Virus record (IMG/VR): IMGVR_UViG_3300036817_000261
Span: 1 to 64,000 of that record
Origin: a virus
DNA length: 64,000 bases
Direction: 5' to 3' (one strand)
The notes below the pieces were generated by a model. That model searched no databases, was not told where the DNA came from, and saw only the letters and a program-made list of their open reading frames with translations. This document shows, in pieces, positions 63,492 to 64,000 of the stretch (the first letter of the stretch is position 1; every line of letters begins with the position of its first letter). Position numbers and translations under genes: made by a program.

Positions 63492-64000
63492 ATGCCTATT
63501 TTCTCAGGTTACATTTCTTATGCGCCGTTTCCCGAAGGGTTCCAGGGAGACATGGACGAGACTTTCCAGCAGAGCGGCCAGCTGGCGATTATCTTCATCA
63601 GCGGGAACTTCTTAACCGGCCTCTATTATCCGATTGGGACAACTCCTGCTCCGACTTTGCCTACTAACGATGTAGGCCCGATTGCATCGAACGGCCAATG
63701 GTACTTCTGGGACCCGGTGACCGGCCAGTATCTGCCGCAATCGACCAGTGTCAGGCCCGCGAAGAATTACGCGAAGAACGCGATCTATCAAATCCAGCAG
63801 CTGGGCAGCTCGATCAATCTTTCCTCTGCCGGAGTTAATAAAACCTACGACATGGTTTTAAGCCGGGTGACCCAGCCCAATGTTTTAGAGATCACTTTGG
63901 ACACGGGCCCGGCAGCAAGCGCGGACACGGATTTTATTGGGAGCGCCATCAAATACACGGTCGCGCCTGCTAACATAACTCCGCTCGCGGCCACCGATAT
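63492..64000 (+). CDS. Tail-associated protein, 3'-truncated
   Basis: MPIFSG..FPEGFQG..LPTNDVGP..NGQWYFWD..Y.P; open to window end. Confidence 0.65.
   Translation, partial: MPIFSGYISYAPFPEGFQGDMDETFQQSGQLAIIFISGNFLTGLYYPIGTTPAPTLPTNDVGPIASNGQWYFWDPVTGQYLPQSTSVRPAKNYAKNAIYQIQQLGSSINLSSAGVNKTYDMVLSRVTQPNVLEITLDTGPAASADTDFIGSAIKYTVAPANITPLAATD

Noticed and set aside
1-64000. Integrase/att site, reverse transcriptase/DGR, alternative genetic code
   Set aside because: No such motifs seen; long genes read through under the standard code with all three stop codons in use.

Overview
This window is most of the genome of a tailed dsDNA bacteriophage with podovirus-type morphogenesis genes. No host chromosomal genes, integrase, DNA polymerase or CRISPR array were seen. 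Layout: (1) 1-8.4 kb (+), the 3' part of a giant polyvalent ejection-type protein. (2) 8.6-25.4 kb (mostly -), replication/recombination and early genes: VRR-NUC, SF2 helicase, RecT-like annealase, HNH, DUF932, YodL-like, DUF3846. (3) 25.4-34.8 kb, putative small terminase, KTSC, many small accessory ORFs, an antisense tRNA-like RNA, a Lar-like protein and a PD-(D/E)XK nuclease. (4) 34.9-43.9 kb (-), lysis and fibre/spike module: GH25 endolysin, beta-helix spike, collagen/collar fibre. (5) 44-64 kb (+), TerL, portal, scaffold, a frameshifted HNH, a glycosyltransferase/methyltransferase cluster, major capsid protein, an internally duplicated adaptor, nozzle and a partial tail protein. Because the window begins in an ejection-protein gene and ends in tail genes, it is probably a circularly permuted view of one genome. 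Shine-Dalgarno sites are scarce, and leaderless or overlap-coupled starts are common. A soil Verrucomicrobia/PVC-type host is only my guess. The most notable observations are a 165-nt tRNA-like RNA with its own promoter, a D-loop insertion and no anticodon loop; a [AGS][FY]MP-punctuated polyvalent protein; the glycosylation cluster in the head module; a four-copy ~44-bp dispersed element; and a TTGA-N4-TCAA promoter family. All family assignments are from motif recognition by eye, not database searches.
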